From Octopus vulgaris (lineage: Eukaryota), in NCBI GenBank assembly GCA_951406725.2, contig OX597827.1:14136001-14200000 (forward strand): a DNA stretch of 64,000 nucleotides, given 5' to 3'. Below are positions 1 to 11,318 of this stretch, one piece after another. The translations under genes were made by a program, and so were the position numbers. The notes below the pieces were generated by a model. It saw nothing but the letters and a program-made list of their open reading frames with translations, had not been told where the DNA came from and did no database searches. Every line of letters starts with the position of its first letter. Position 1 is the stretch's first letter.

Positions 1-678
1 AAATTTAATAGAGGTTTCTGTCAACACACATCCGTGTGTGTGTCGTCGTATTTGTCCCCCTCCACTGCTTTTACAACCGGTGTTGGTGTGTTTACTTCCC
101 CGTAAGTCCACCAGTCCTTTGGCAACAGACGAATCGAATAAGTACCAGACAGAAAAAAAAACAAAAAACCAATAAGTGCAGGGGTTGATTTGTTAGACGA
201 TAATCCTTCAAAGCGGTGCCCCAGCATGGCCACAGTTCAATGAATGAAAAAAGTAAAAGATAACCGATAAGACACTATACTATTAACTGACCAACAAAGG
301 GGTAATCAACCAAAGAAAGCCCCAAACCTCACTAGCTAAAAGCAATTCTACAATAACCCTTTATTTTTACCATAAGCAGACACAAGTTATTTCCCTTTAT
401 ACCCTTTTTGCCATTATCGCATTTCTCTCTAGAATTTTCCAGGAATTTTACTAAGCTCCTGATGTGATTAAAGCAGGCACGTGCCGTGTGTAATTACTCA
501 GGGTAGGCAGCGGGTGACGTTTTTGTAGTAAAGCACCAAAAAAAAAAGATAAGCGAAACACAGACGCGCGACTGAGCTGGAGGCAGATTTACTTCTGCCT
601 TTATAACATGTAAAGAAAACGTTGCAGGAATGTACGCAATACGTGTACTGTAACGGTACTATGCGTAGGTTTAATACT

Positions 679-1207
679 TATTTCTTTATTACCCACAAGG
701 GGCTAAACATAGAGGGGACAAACAAGGCCAGACATAGGTATTACGTCGATTACATCGACCTCAGTGCGTAACTGGTACTTATTTAATCGTAAGGTGGCGA
801 GCTGGCAGAAACGTTAGCACGCCGGGCGAAATGTTTAGCGGTATTTCGTCTGCCGTTACGTTCTGAGTTCAAATTCCGCCGAGGTCGACTTTGCCTTTCA
901 TCCTTTCGGGGGTCGATAAATTAAGTACCAGTTCCATACTGGGGTCGGTATAATAAACTTAATCCGTTTGTCTGTCCTTGTTTATCCCCTCTGTGTTTAG
1001 CCCCTTGTGGGTAGTAAAGAAATAGGTATTTCATCTGCGTTACGTTGTGATTTCAAATTCCGCCAAGGTCGACTTTGCCTTTCATCCTTTCGGGGTCAAT
1101 AAATTAAGTACCAGTTACGCAGTGGGGTCGATATAATCGACTCAATCCGTTTGTCCGTCCTTATTTGTCCCCTCTGTGTTTAGCCCCTTGTGGGTAGTAA
1201 AGAAATA
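679..1207. mobile_element. Composite SINE family B insertion (inverted 3' part, full copy, partial copy)
   Basis: tRNA-like head, gcctttcatcctttcggggtcgataaattaagtaccag (Deu/Nin-like core) and 3' end aaagaaatagg; flanked by the 24-bp direct repeat ggtactatgcgtag(g/t)tttaatact at 655 and 1208. Confidence 0.8.
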
Positions 1208-1245
1208 GGTACTATGCGTAGTTTTAATACTGGGTGTGTTTACCT

Positions 1246-1672
1246 GTCTAACACCCATGAACATGTATACAAAGTCGGATAACAGCACAGCTCCCATGAC
1301 TTTCGGAAACATCTTTTATGCCATTAAATATGGTAACGTGTCTGCAATCAAAGATGACCCAAAAACAGAGATCATAGAATCAATTTCTTTATCAACAGAA
1401 TCAATTGTACTCAGACAAAGACAAAAATTCGTAATTGTCAAAGAACTTTGCCTAAAGCATTGCAGACATGGTTACCTTCAAGATAATTTCAGAAACATTT
1501 TTTCACGCTAAGAGTTGCTGAAGTATGGAACAGACTGCCGGCATCTAACACCCATGGACATATTTACAAAGTCAGAAAACAGCACAGCTCCCATGACTTC
1601 AGGAAACATTTTTTCACGCTGAGAGTTGCTGAAGCATGGAGCAAACTGCCGGCATCAGTTGTTAGTTGTCGA
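1246..1672 (+). mobile_element. CR1-clade LINE ORF2 3' fragments, locally duplicated
   Basis: Approximate translation, allowing a frameshift: HGHIYKVRKQHSSHDFRKHFFTLRVAEAWSKLP, matching the CR1 RGH..K..F..RV...WN.LP motif; the unit occurs about twice. Confidence 0.65.
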
Positions 1673-1699
1673 TGTAGATTTGTAAACTTTTGATAAAGA

Positions 1700-2098
1700 T
1701 TTGCATGCCTCTGTGCCGGTGGCATGTTAAACACACCATTCGAGTGTGATCGTCACCGCGTCGCCTTACAAGCACTTGTGATGGTGGCACATGAAACATT
1801 CGAGCGAGGACGTCGCCAGTGCCGCTGGACTGGCTCCTGTGCAGGTGGCATGTAAAAAGCACCATTTCGAGGTGGCTGTTAGCCAGTACCACCAAACTGG
1901 CCCTCGTGCCGGTGGCCCGTAAAAAGCACCCAGTACACTCTCGGAGTGGTTGGCGTTAGGAAGGGGCATCCAGCTGTAGAAACTCTGCCAGATCAAGATT
2001 GGAGTCTGGTTCGCCAGACCTCAGTCAAATCGTCCAACCCATGCTAGCATGGAAAGCAGACGTTAAATGATGATGATAATGATGATGATGATGATGAT
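1700..2098 (+). mobile_element. RTE-associated retroposon 3' region (family D) with (GAT)n tail
   Basis: gtgccggtggcac..aaaagcacc units, ggagtggttggcgttaggaagggcatccag, ccaacccatgctagcatggaaa, then (gat)n; same family at 14.4k, 26k and 28.6k. Confidence 0.7.
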
Positions 2099-2499
2099 GG
2101 AAACAGTTTCCACCAGAACCCATCTCCTTCTGCCATCATACATAACCGTTTTCATTCATTCTTTCTCCAGTTCCATTAATACGAAGGCGGTTAAGTTGAA
2201 TTAGATATTTTATGTTGCAGAAAATATTTCTTAATATCTAAGCAATAAGTTTACGATCTAGTTGAAAGTCTGCTTTAAGTGTATCCTAAGATAAGCTCTA
2301 ACTTTAACCCAGCACTTTCGTCCAAGAAGATAAATGCACTATTTTCAAAAACCATTTAAAGAAAGATATTGAGTCTTGTTAGATGTGAAAGACATTAATT
2401 GCAATTATGTGGACTGAAGCCGTTTAAAGTAGCATGTTTAGAAGTTTAGACTAATAACTTTATACTTCGTAGACACTGTGCTTCGGTTGTGAAATTATC

Positions 2500-2918
2500 T
2501 CTTTTACTCTTTACTCTTTTACTTGTTTCAGTCATTTGACTGTGGCCATGCTGGAGCACCGCATTTAGTCGAGCAAATCGACCCCAGGACTTATTCTTTG
2601 TAAGCCCAGTACTTATTCTATTGGTCTCTTTTGCAGAATCGCTAAATTACGGGGACGCAAGCACACCAGCATCGGTTGTCAAGTGATGTTGGGGGCACAA
2701 ACACAGACACACAAACATACACATGGCTGTGTGGTTAGGAAGCTTGCTTCCTAACCACATGGTTTCGGGTTCAGTCCCACTGCGTGGCACTTTGGGCAGG
2801 TGTCTTCTGCTATAGCCTTGGGTTGACCGAAGCTTTGTAAATTGAATTTGGCAGGCAGAAGTTACTGCTGTGTGTGTATATGTGCATGTAGGTGTTTGTG
2901 CCTCTCCAAAAGAGAGAG

Positions 2919-2971
<53 letters not shown>

Positions 2972-3142
2972 TACGACGGTCTTCTTTCAGCTTTCAGTTT
3001 CCGTCTACCAAATCCACTCACAAGGCTTTGGTCGGCTCGAGGCTATAGTAGAAGACACTTGCTCAAGGTGCCACACAGCGGGACTGAACCCGAAACCATA
3101 TGGTTGGTAAGCAAGCTACTTACCACACAGCCACTCCTGCGC
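2500..3142 (-). mobile_element. tRNA-derived SINE family A with a nested inverted 5' fragment (2723-2870)
   Basis: A box tggctgtgtgg, B box gggttcagtccc, central TA/TG microsatellite and (gagtaaaa)n tail. Confidence 0.85.
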
Positions 3143-3339
3143 GCTTATGCTCATATTCAAGGATGACCGTAAATATGTTGATGAAAATAACCAGGCCTTG
3201 AGTTCAAAACTAGAGCAAACACAATGCGTGAGTGTGTTGAGTGGCAGGATGTCCAAACAAAACATATACATAATACAGTATATATATCAGAAAATCTAAA
3301 ACAAATATGAGGTTCTTAGGCCTGTCACAAGTGTACAAG

Positions 3340-3763
3340 TAGAGCTGGATTAAGACCCTTCGAGGCCCTAAGCACTTAAAAGATTTTGGTGCCCCCATAA
3401 AAGATTATGTAATTCAAAATACAATAACAGACCATGAAATAAATTTTTATTTTTCAAAATTATACAAAACAGTAAGAAGGAAAAATAATGTTTATTTTTG
3501 TATATTTCCACTTTATTTATATTTGAAAAATTTCCTCCTACTTTTTTGAATTGCAAAGTCTTTGATCAGTTCCTCAAAATTAATCTTAGGTAACACATCT
3601 GCATCTATACTTAGTAGAGATAAAGGCATCCCAAATATTATTTTAGTAATTTTTAAAATGATTTCTTTTGTGCCGTAAATCATCTACCATTTCTGTGATG
3701 CACCCTCCTTCCCTTGATGCCCTAAGCACCTGCTTATTTTGCTTAATGGTTAATCCAGTGCTA
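3340..3763. mobile_element. Non-autonomous hAT DNA transposon
   Basis: TIRs tagagctggattaa / ttaatccagtgcta; 8-bp TSD tgtacaag/tgtacagg; homologous to 37619-38066. Confidence 0.8.
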
Positions 3764-4552
3764 TGTACAGGCTTAAAGCAGGTTTCTACCTCAATTTGAA
3801 CCTAGGCTGTTTGTTTCCTATTAGGAAAGATTTCATGGTTGTGTGGTTAAGAACCTCGTTTTGCAACCATATAGCTTCAGGTTCAGTCCCACTGCATGGC
3901 ACCTTAGGCATGTGCTTTCCACTTTAGCTTCAGGCTGACCAATGTCTTGTGAGTGAATTCGGTTGATGGAAACTCAGCAGAAGCATGGACTCTCATCATG
4001 TGTGTGTGTGTGTGTGTGTGTGTATGTTGTATGTGTGTGTGTGTGTGTATGTTTATGTGTGTGTGTGTGCATTTGTATGTGCATGTTTATGTGTGTGTGT
4101 GTGTATATGTGTGTGTATGTTTGTGTGTGTGTGTTTGTGTGTGTATGTTTGTATGCATTTGTGTGTGTATATGCATTTGTGTGTGTGTGTATGTGTATGT
4201 GTGTGTATGCTTGTGTGTGTGATTTATGTATGTGTATCTTACTTCCTGTGTTTGTCACTCCATCCCAACAGTTTCACAACCGCTGTTGCTTCGTTTACGT
4301 AACCATAACTTAGCACTTCAGCAAATGAGAGAATTATTCGAAAAAGTACCAGAGCTAACCCCAGTATTCCAAGGCATATAAATGACCAAGAGCACAAGAC
4401 TTCTACCTCGAACAAAACACCAGTTCATCACAGGATGAACCCAGACCCCCACCCGACAACCCCACCCACCAATCCTGCCCCCATCCCCCACCTGTGGTGG
4501 ACACCCGTTTTCAGTTGAGTGGACCGGAGCAACATGAAAGGAAACATCTTAC

Positions 4553-4785
4553 TTAAACCGTTATCGTTTAAACCAGCCACATCAGGCCGAAATATTCAAC
4601 CTGCTTTATGTCCAAATTGGCCAGATCAGTCCTCTCACACCTACCGTACAATGTCATTCTAAAAAAATTAAACAATCACATCACCAAAAATCTCGAAAGC
4701 CACAAGATAATTTCTAATTAATTCAAAACAATGTAGAGAAATAAAAATTACATTTGACAAAATAATCTGAATATTGAAGGGTTTA
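4553..4785. mobile_element. piggyBac-type MITE (degenerate)
   Basis: Homologous to the TTAA-flanked copy at 44222-44442. Confidence 0.6.
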
Positions 4786-4827
4786 GGACATGGTACACAG
4801 CATTGTTTGGGAATTGAAACCATGACT

Positions 4828-5250
4828 TCAAGCATTTGTCTTATGAAGAAAGGCTGAAGACGCTTGGGCTTTTTTCTCTTGAAGAACGACGCCGACGCCG
4901 TGGTGATCTCATTCTCGCTCACAACATCATAAGCGGAAAGTTTAACCTCTCAAAAGAGCTGTTCTTCACTCCTGCTCCAGAGCGTGGGCTGCGGGGTCAC
5001 TCCGAAAAGCTCTATCTACGACGATTTCATCTCAATCGAAGGAGAGGGTCTGTCTCCGTCTGGGTTGCGGATCCGTGGAATAAGCTGCCGGACGAGATAG
5101 TGAAGATGCCGACGACCGCTCGGTTCGAAGCCTCTCTTGACCGGAAATGGCCTGAACTCTTTGTATGACCATCCTCCCTGTCCCCCTAAATGGCCTTGCT
5201 TTTGCTTTTTGAGCCAATTAAAATTAAATTAACTTAAATTAAAATTTTAA
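4828..5250 (+). mobile_element. CR1-clade LINE 3' end (ORF2 C-terminus, 3' UTR, (aatta)n-like tail)
   Basis: SYEERLKTLGLFSLEERR..RGDLI...RGHSEKL...WNKLP is the characteristic CR1 ORF2 C-terminus. Confidence 0.85.
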
Positions 5251-5456
5251 AAATTCATGATTAGGAGTTCAACACCTTAATCACTAAACCATGCACTTTC
5301 ATGTAGAACAAACTTAATGTATATCTTTAATCTTTTCTTTTACCTTTTACTTGTTTCAGTCATTAGACTGTGGCCAAGCTGGGGCACTGTCTTGAAGAAT
5401 TTCAGTTGAATGAATTGACCCCTGTTTTTATTATCTTTTTGTAAAGTTTAGTACTT

Positions 5457-5690
5457 CCTATTTCTTTATTGCCTACAAGGGGCTAAACATAGAGGGGACA
5501 AACAAGGACAGACAAAGGGATTAAGTCGATTACATTGACCCCAGTGCATTACTGGTACTTAATTTATCAACCCCGAAAGGATGAAAGGCAAAGCCGACCT
5601 CAGCGGAATTTGAACTCAGAATGTAAAGATGGACAAAATACCACTAAGCATCTCCTCCAGTGTGCTTACGATTCTGCCAGCTTGTCGCCA
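5457..5690 (-). mobile_element. SINE family B inserted in an older family A copy (5330-5800)
   Basis: Matches the family B consensus; aaagttt(a/g)gtactt direct repeat on both sides. Confidence 0.75.
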
Positions 5691-6304
5691 TTAAAGTTTG
5701 GTACTTATTCTGTTGGTTTTTTAGCTGAATTGCTAAGTTACAGGGATGTAAACACACCAACATCGGTAGTAAAGCAGTGGTGTGAGACCAGCACACACAC
5801 ACACATTTTGTGTGTGTAGGTGGACACAAACCGTATGGAAGATTTTGTGTGTGTGCGGTCATATGTGTGTGCATGTGTGTGTATCTGTGTGTGCATATGT
5901 CTGTGTATGTGTGTGTGTTTTTTTACTTGTGTTTGTCCTGCCACCACTTGACATCTGGTGGTGGTTTGTAACTTAGCAGTTTAATGGAAAAGATTGACAG
6001 AATAAGAATCAGTCTTAAAAAGAAAAGAGAAAAGAGAAAAAGGTACTGAGAGAGATTTCTTTGACTAAACCCTTCAGGGCAGTGCCACATCATGGCTGCT
6101 GTCCAATGACTGAAACAAGTAAGAGACAAAAGACGACATATTCTAGATGTCTCTGCATCAAGGACCACCAGGGTAACATCATTCTTTTTATAGTCGTGGG
6201 GAAAGTAAACAGTCAAACACATAAATAAAAGGCATTCATTGAGACACAAAAAACACAGTATGTTATCTGAAGTTTACATATCACAGATTAATTAATAACA
6301 GAAA

Positions 6305-8695
6305 TTAATTTACCTGAGAAGCAGAAAGTCTTTTTCCAGGTGACGTTAATGATGTCCATTCGACAGGTAGCTCCTGCTCTGGACAGAAATCCCTTCTGGA
6401 TCTCATTGATGGTGTACTGTGATGCACCCCTTCTTCAGGGTTCTGTGTTATAGCAAAAGGATTGTTGCTTTGAGATATCATTAGACATTTCTCTCGTCCT
6501 GGTTGCATGGCTGGATTCATTGCTGCTGTATGTAGCATAGTTCTCCTTCTGTTACATCTCACTATACATATCGTTATTATAACAACTATAGCAATTGATA
6601 TCACCACAGCCGTAACAACTATGATAATGACCAAGTTGATATCTATCATGTCACTAGATTGGATGTGAGCAGCTGTCAACATTGGGGATGTTCTGTTGCT
6701 GACAGTTAGTGTTAAGGACAGTGTAGTGGTTGCTGACAGCACTGGGCTGCCACTGTCTTTCACAACCAACAAAAGATTGTATGACCCGGCATCGTTTTGG
6801 TAAACCGGCCGAGAGAAAGCTAACACTCCGGAATGGGGATTAATGGTAAATAATTGTTTATTATTGCCTGCCAAAATTAAAAATGTAAGGAAAGCATTTT
6901 CCCGACTGTCTCTATCTGAAGCTCTCAGAACTGTGATGTCATTTTTGCTTTGTGGGTGATAGTGGACATCTAGGCTGAAAGGGTTAACACTAGGAAATGT
7001 GAAGTAAGGTGCATTATCATTCTCATCCATGACTTCGACAATAATGTTTGCTGTACTGTTCAGTGGTGGTGTTCCGTTGTCACTGACAGACACTTTAAAT
7101 ACGTATGATTTAGATTGTTCTCGGTCCAATGCCTTGGTTGTTGATAAGAAGCCATAGTTTGTAATTTGAAAAGGTACTGGATATTGATTATCATTTATTA
7201 CAGAAAACAAAAGCTGACCACCATCACCTAAATCAGGATCTGTGGCATTGATGAACCCAACAGGGAAATTCGGTTCCTCATTCTCATAAGTCAGAAACTT
7301 AAATGTATCTTTAGTGAAGTGAGGCTGTACATCGTTGACATCTATTACTTGAATGGAGAACTTTCTCTCCGTCCACAACGGTGGTGATCCTTTATCTTGG
7401 CAAGAAATTTTGATACTATAATGGTCTTGTTTTTCTCTATCAACTTCTTTTTTAATTATTATTTTATATTCATTTGAACCTAGATTCAAAAGCTGAAATT
7501 TCTCACTATTTAAAGTACAGTGTACCTCACCATTCAAGCCAACATCTTTATCAATAACACTGACGTAAGCAATGAAGCTGCCTACCTTCATTCCTTCTGA
7601 TATGGCTGCGATATTCTTTTGTACTTCAGAGACAAAATTCACATCAATCTCTGGAGCATTGTTCTGTTGATTGATTAAGTTTACTATAACGGTTGCAATG
7701 GAACTTAACGGAGGATTCCCTCCATCTTTTGCTTCAACGAATAGCTTATAATTCTTTAATTGCTCTGAGAAAAATCTCTGTAACAAAAATATCTCACCTG
7801 TTTTATCATTTAATTTGAAATTATGTTTTGCAATATCAGATGTCTTGGAACTAAAATGATATGTTATTTTACTATTTTCTTTTGAATCTCTATCTTTGGC
7901 AGATAAAACCACAACTGGCATGGACCTCTGGTGGGTATGTTTTATTGTAACATTGTACACTTCTTGAGTGAACACAGGGGCATTATCATTAATATCTAGA
8001 ACAGTTATGTGTACATCTAAGACCCCTTGCAAAGGAGGGGAGCCTCCATCTTTTGCAATAACTTGAAGGTAATAGTCCGACACAGATTCACGATCCAGTG
8101 TCTCACCTAAGACTATGTCTAGTTTAGATGTTCCATCTACTCTTTTGGAAACTGTCAATGAAAATGGTTCATTTGATTTCTTTAAAGTATAAACTATCTG
8201 AGAATTTAAAATACCTACATCTTTGTCAACAGCATTTGGTAAAGATTTCTTTGTACCTTTACCATTTGTTTCATCAAATTTGAGGTCAATTGCCTTTATA
8301 GGAAATCCAGGTTGATTGTCATTGACATCTTTTATCACGATTTTCACTTTTAAAACTTTGATAAAAGTTTGTGCATGACGGAGTGCAATTTTGATAATGT
8401 CAAAACATTCTGTGTTGTAAATACAAAGTGATTCTGCATCTATAGTCTGGATGGTGAATAATTTACCTGTTTTGGTAACATTGAATAGTTGGGAGCCTCT
8501 TGTCGGTCTCTGGGCAAGTTGGTTGAACGTAACAAGGTTTCGATATTTTAAAGATAAAATATTCCACAGTCTTGAGTCAGAAGCAATATTTCCAATATAA
8601 GTGCCAATGTTCTTTTCCTCTTCAACATGGTAAACTAGATCCACGCATGTGGAACCATGAAGGAATACAAATACGATATATACACATAGCCACAT
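6305..8695 (-). CDS. Pcdh: Protocadherin, large exon (signal peptide, 6 cadherin EC repeats, TM, proximal cytoplasmic tail); probably spliced at 6314 to downstream exons not identified in this window
   Basis: 796-aa ORF. Hydrophobic N-terminus; EC1 DAESLC-x5-C motif; repeated DxD, LDRE, DxGxP and DxNDN motifs (DVNDN, DINDN, DVNDV, DENDN); TM INLVIIIVVTAVVISIAIVVIITICIV followed by RCNRRR. Donor CAG|GTAAAT at 6314/6313, two codons before the stop. Symbol is family-level only. Confidence 0.97.
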   Translation of the reverse strand: MWLCVYIVFVFLHGSTCVDLVYHVEEEKNIGTYIGNIASDSRLWNILSLKYRNLVTFNQLAQRPTRGSQLFNVTKTGKLFTIQTIDAESLCIYNTECFDIIKIALRHAQTFIKVLKVKIVIKDVNDNQPGFPIKAIDLKFDETNGKGTKKSLPNAVDKDVGILNSQIVYTLKKSNEPFSLTVSKRVDGTSKLDIVLGETLDRESVSDYYLQVIAKDGGSPPLQGVLDVHITVLDINDNAPVFTQEVYNVTIKHTHQRSMPVVVLSAKDRDSKENSKITYHFSSKTSDIAKHNFKLNDKTGEIFLLQRFFSEQLKNYKLFVEAKDGGNPPLSSIATVIVNLINQQNNAPEIDVNFVSEVQKNIAAISEGMKVGSFIAYVSVIDKDVGLNGEVHCTLNSEKFQLLNLGSNEYKIIIKKEVDREKQDHYSIKISCQDKGSPPLWTERKFSIQVIDVNDVQPHFTKDTFKFLTYENEEPNFPVGFINATDPDLGDGGQLLFSVINDNQYPVPFQITNYGFLSTTKALDREQSKSYVFKVSVSDNGTPPLNSTANIIVEVMDENDNAPYFTFPSVNPFSLDVHYHPQSKNDITVLRASDRDSRENAFLTFLILAGNNKQLFTINPHSGVLAFSRPVYQNDAGSYNLLLVVKDSGSPVLSATTTLSLTLTVSNRTSPMLTAAHIQSSDMIDINLVIIIVVTAVVISIAIVVIITICIVRCNRRRTMLHTAAMNPAMQPGREKCLMISQSNNPFAITQNPEEGVHHSTPSMRSRRDFCPEQELPVEWTSLTSPGKRLSASQVN
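6308..6316 (-). promoter_or_regulatory. 5' splice donor (phase 0) ending the protocadherin large exon
   Basis: Minus strand CAG|GTAAAT after ...LSASQ. Confidence 0.7.
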
Positions 8696-8719
8696 GGTTT
8701 CTATTATATTAAAAAAATA

Positions 8720-8750
8720 GCAAATATTTCTGAAAAAGAAAATAAAAATA
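8720..8750 (-). promoter_or_regulatory. 3' splice acceptor upstream of the protocadherin ATG (exon starts at 8729; 34 nt of 5' UTR)
   Basis: Minus strand reads tttttattttctttttcag|aaatatttgc, a strong polypyrimidine tract plus AG; implies upstream non-coding exon(s). Confidence 0.75.
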
Positions 8751-9096
8751 TAGCAGTTAGAAAGAATCTAATACAGATTTACAGAATTTATGGATTTTTA
8801 ACATTAGCACAAGGCCACAAATTTGAAGGTATAGGTCAATTAAATCAGTCCTACCATTTTACTGATACTGTTTTCAGTGGTGTAGCGAATAGTTCCCATT
8901 TGTCGGACTGTTATTTTTTTTTTTTTTTACAAAACTGTCCGACGAACAGGAATGTGAAACTCCGAGTAACAGGTTTTGTTAAATTTCTGCTGCTTTTAAA
9001 TAAAGCATATTACTCTACTTCTGGTATTTGAGTACTCTTTTTTCCACCTTGTTTCACATTTATGTGCTTACTCCGGTATATATATAAATATATATA

Positions 9097-9508
9097 CTCT
9101 TTTAACTCTTTTACTCTTTTACTTGTTTCAGTCATTTGACTGCGGCCATGCTGGAGCACCGCCTTCAATCAAGCAACTCGACCCCGGGACTTATTCTTTT
9201 GTAAGCCCAGTACTTATTCTATCGGTCTCTTTTGCCGAACCACTAAGTAACGGGGACATAAACACACCAGCATCGGTTGTCAAGCAATGCTAGGGGGGAC
9301 AAACACAGACACACAAGCACACACACACACATACATATATATACATATATACGATGGGCTTCTTTCAGTTTCCGTCTACCAAATCCACTCACAAGGCTTT
9401 GGTCGGCCCGAGGCTATAGTAGAAGACACTTGCCCAAGGTGTCACGCTGAGGGACTGAACCCGGAACCATGTGGTTGGTAAACAAGCTACTTACCACACA
9501 GCCACTCA
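9097..9508 (-). mobile_element. SINE family A
   Basis: Full-length match; atatatactctttt duplicated at the flanks. Confidence 0.9.
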
Positions 9509-10356
9509 TATATATACTCTTTTACTCTTTTTCTCTTGCTGGCTTGAACATAAAACAGATTGAATATTTGAGATGGATATTGCTGTTTTAAATGCTAAAG
9601 GCTTACAGTTGTAATCTTCCTCGTTGCTTAAGCCTTAACTTATGTTACTACAATCAGTTATATATGGGAACTACAATTCATGAGAGACATTGGTGTAAAA
9701 AAAACTTTATAAGGGATTCTGTATGATTTGGCATGGGAAACAGTCCATGAGATGGAATGGTGTTAACATGAAGTGCAGGCACAGTTAGTTGTATGGTTAA
9801 GAAGTTCATTTCGCAACCAAATGATTTTGGGTTAATTTCCCCCATGGGACATTTTGGGAAAATGTCTTCTATTATACCTCCAGATCCACTACTACCCCAG
9901 GAGTGAATTTGATAGACAGAAACTATATATATGCGTGTGCCAGTGTGTCATTGTTTTGTCCCCTACACTTAACAATTGGTGTTGTTTATTTAAGTTTCCA
10001 TAACTTAGTAAGTTTGGCAAAAAGTGACGGTTGGATTAGGTGCAAGACTTAAAAAACCAAACTAGGATTAATTTGTTTGATTAACTCTACAAAGTGGTGC
10101 TCCAGCATGACCACAGTCCAATGACTGAAACAAGTAAGAGGGTAAAAAGAGTTTGAGCTACCAACCATAGTAGCAGTGCCGTGGGATTGATTTGTTTGAC
10201 AAACCAAACAAGGTGGTGCTCCAGTATAAAAAAAAAGAAGTTACCTTTTCAAGTCATACCAATACATATGGGCTAGTTTACTGGCATAACTAAAGGCGGT
10301 GCTCCAGCATGGCCGCAGTCAAATGACTGAAACAAGTAAAGAGTAAAGAGAGAGAT

Positions 10357-10527
10357 ATGCATCATCAGGTCTTTCAACATTGACCCCTTTGCACAGTTGA
10401 CTCAGCTGGGAGTTGAACAGGTCCTAGCTTGCTTCCCATTTGTGACAAACCACTGGTCAGCCCTCTTTATCCAAAGCCACCCAATGACCTTCTCTACAAT
10501 TCAGTGATGGAATTTATAGCTTCCCTA
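10357..10527 (-). mobile_element. HERO-like non-LTR retrotransposon 3' fragment (inverted copy of 17103-17305)
   Basis: Reverse complement of the 17.1-17.3k segment, with an internal deletion at a ctg microhomology. Confidence 0.6.
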
Positions 10528-10727
10528 TTAAAAAAAAAGAAGTTACCTTTTCAAGTCATACCAATACATATGGGTTGGTTTACTGGTTTCCATGGTGCAT
10601 AAATTCCCCACCTGGATAGGACACTGGTCCATTGCAGGATAACTCATTTTTGCCAGCTGAGTGCACTGGAGCAACATGAAATGAAGTGTTTTGTTCAAGA
10701 ACACAATGCATCGCCCAGTCCAGGAAT

Positions 10728-11035
10728 GTTGTTGTTTGTTCCTTCTCGAGCCATCCCTGGCTCATAAGGGCCGGTTTCCTGGTTTCTTGGCGTATAGGTT
10801 CCCCACCTGGATGGGACGCCAGGGCCGTCACAGGTGAGCTGCAAGATGCAGGAGGAAAGAGTGAGAGAAAGTTGTGGCGAAAGAATCAGCAGAAGTTTCG
10901 CCATTACCTTCTGCCGGAGCCGCGTGGAGCTTAGGTGTTTCGCTCATAAAGGCACACATCGCCCGGTCTGAGATTCGAACCCGTGATCCCTCGACCATGA
11001 GTCCACTGCTCTAACCACTAGACCATGTGCCTCCA
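10728..11035 (-). mobile_element. tRNA-derived SINE family C (tail type 1), inserted in an older SINE
   Basis: Head gtggaggcacatggtctagtggttagagc...gggttcgaatctc; 12-bp TSD cagtccaggaat at 10716 and 11036. Confidence 0.85.
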
Positions 11036-11086
11036 CAGTCCAGGAATCAAAACCACAGTCTTATAATCATGAGTGCAACACCCAAA

Positions 11087-11318
11087 CCTATTTCTTTACT
11101 ACCCACAAGGAGCTAAACACAGAGGGGACAAACAAGGACAGACAAACGGATTAAGTCGATTATATCGACCCCAGTGCGCAACTGGTACTTATTTAATCGA
11201 CCCCGAAAGGATGAAAGGCAAAGTCGACCTCGGCAGAATTTGAACTCACAACCTAGCAGCGGATGAAATACCGCTAAACATTTCGCCAGGCGTGCTAACG
11301 TTTCTGCCAGCTCGCCGC
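11087..11318 (-). mobile_element. SINE family B
   Basis: Full match to the family B consensus. Confidence 0.85.

Noticed and set aside
1-6300. Downstream Pcdh cytoplasmic exons
   Set aside because: No convincing acceptor, open frame and donor combination found by eye; they probably lie outside the window.
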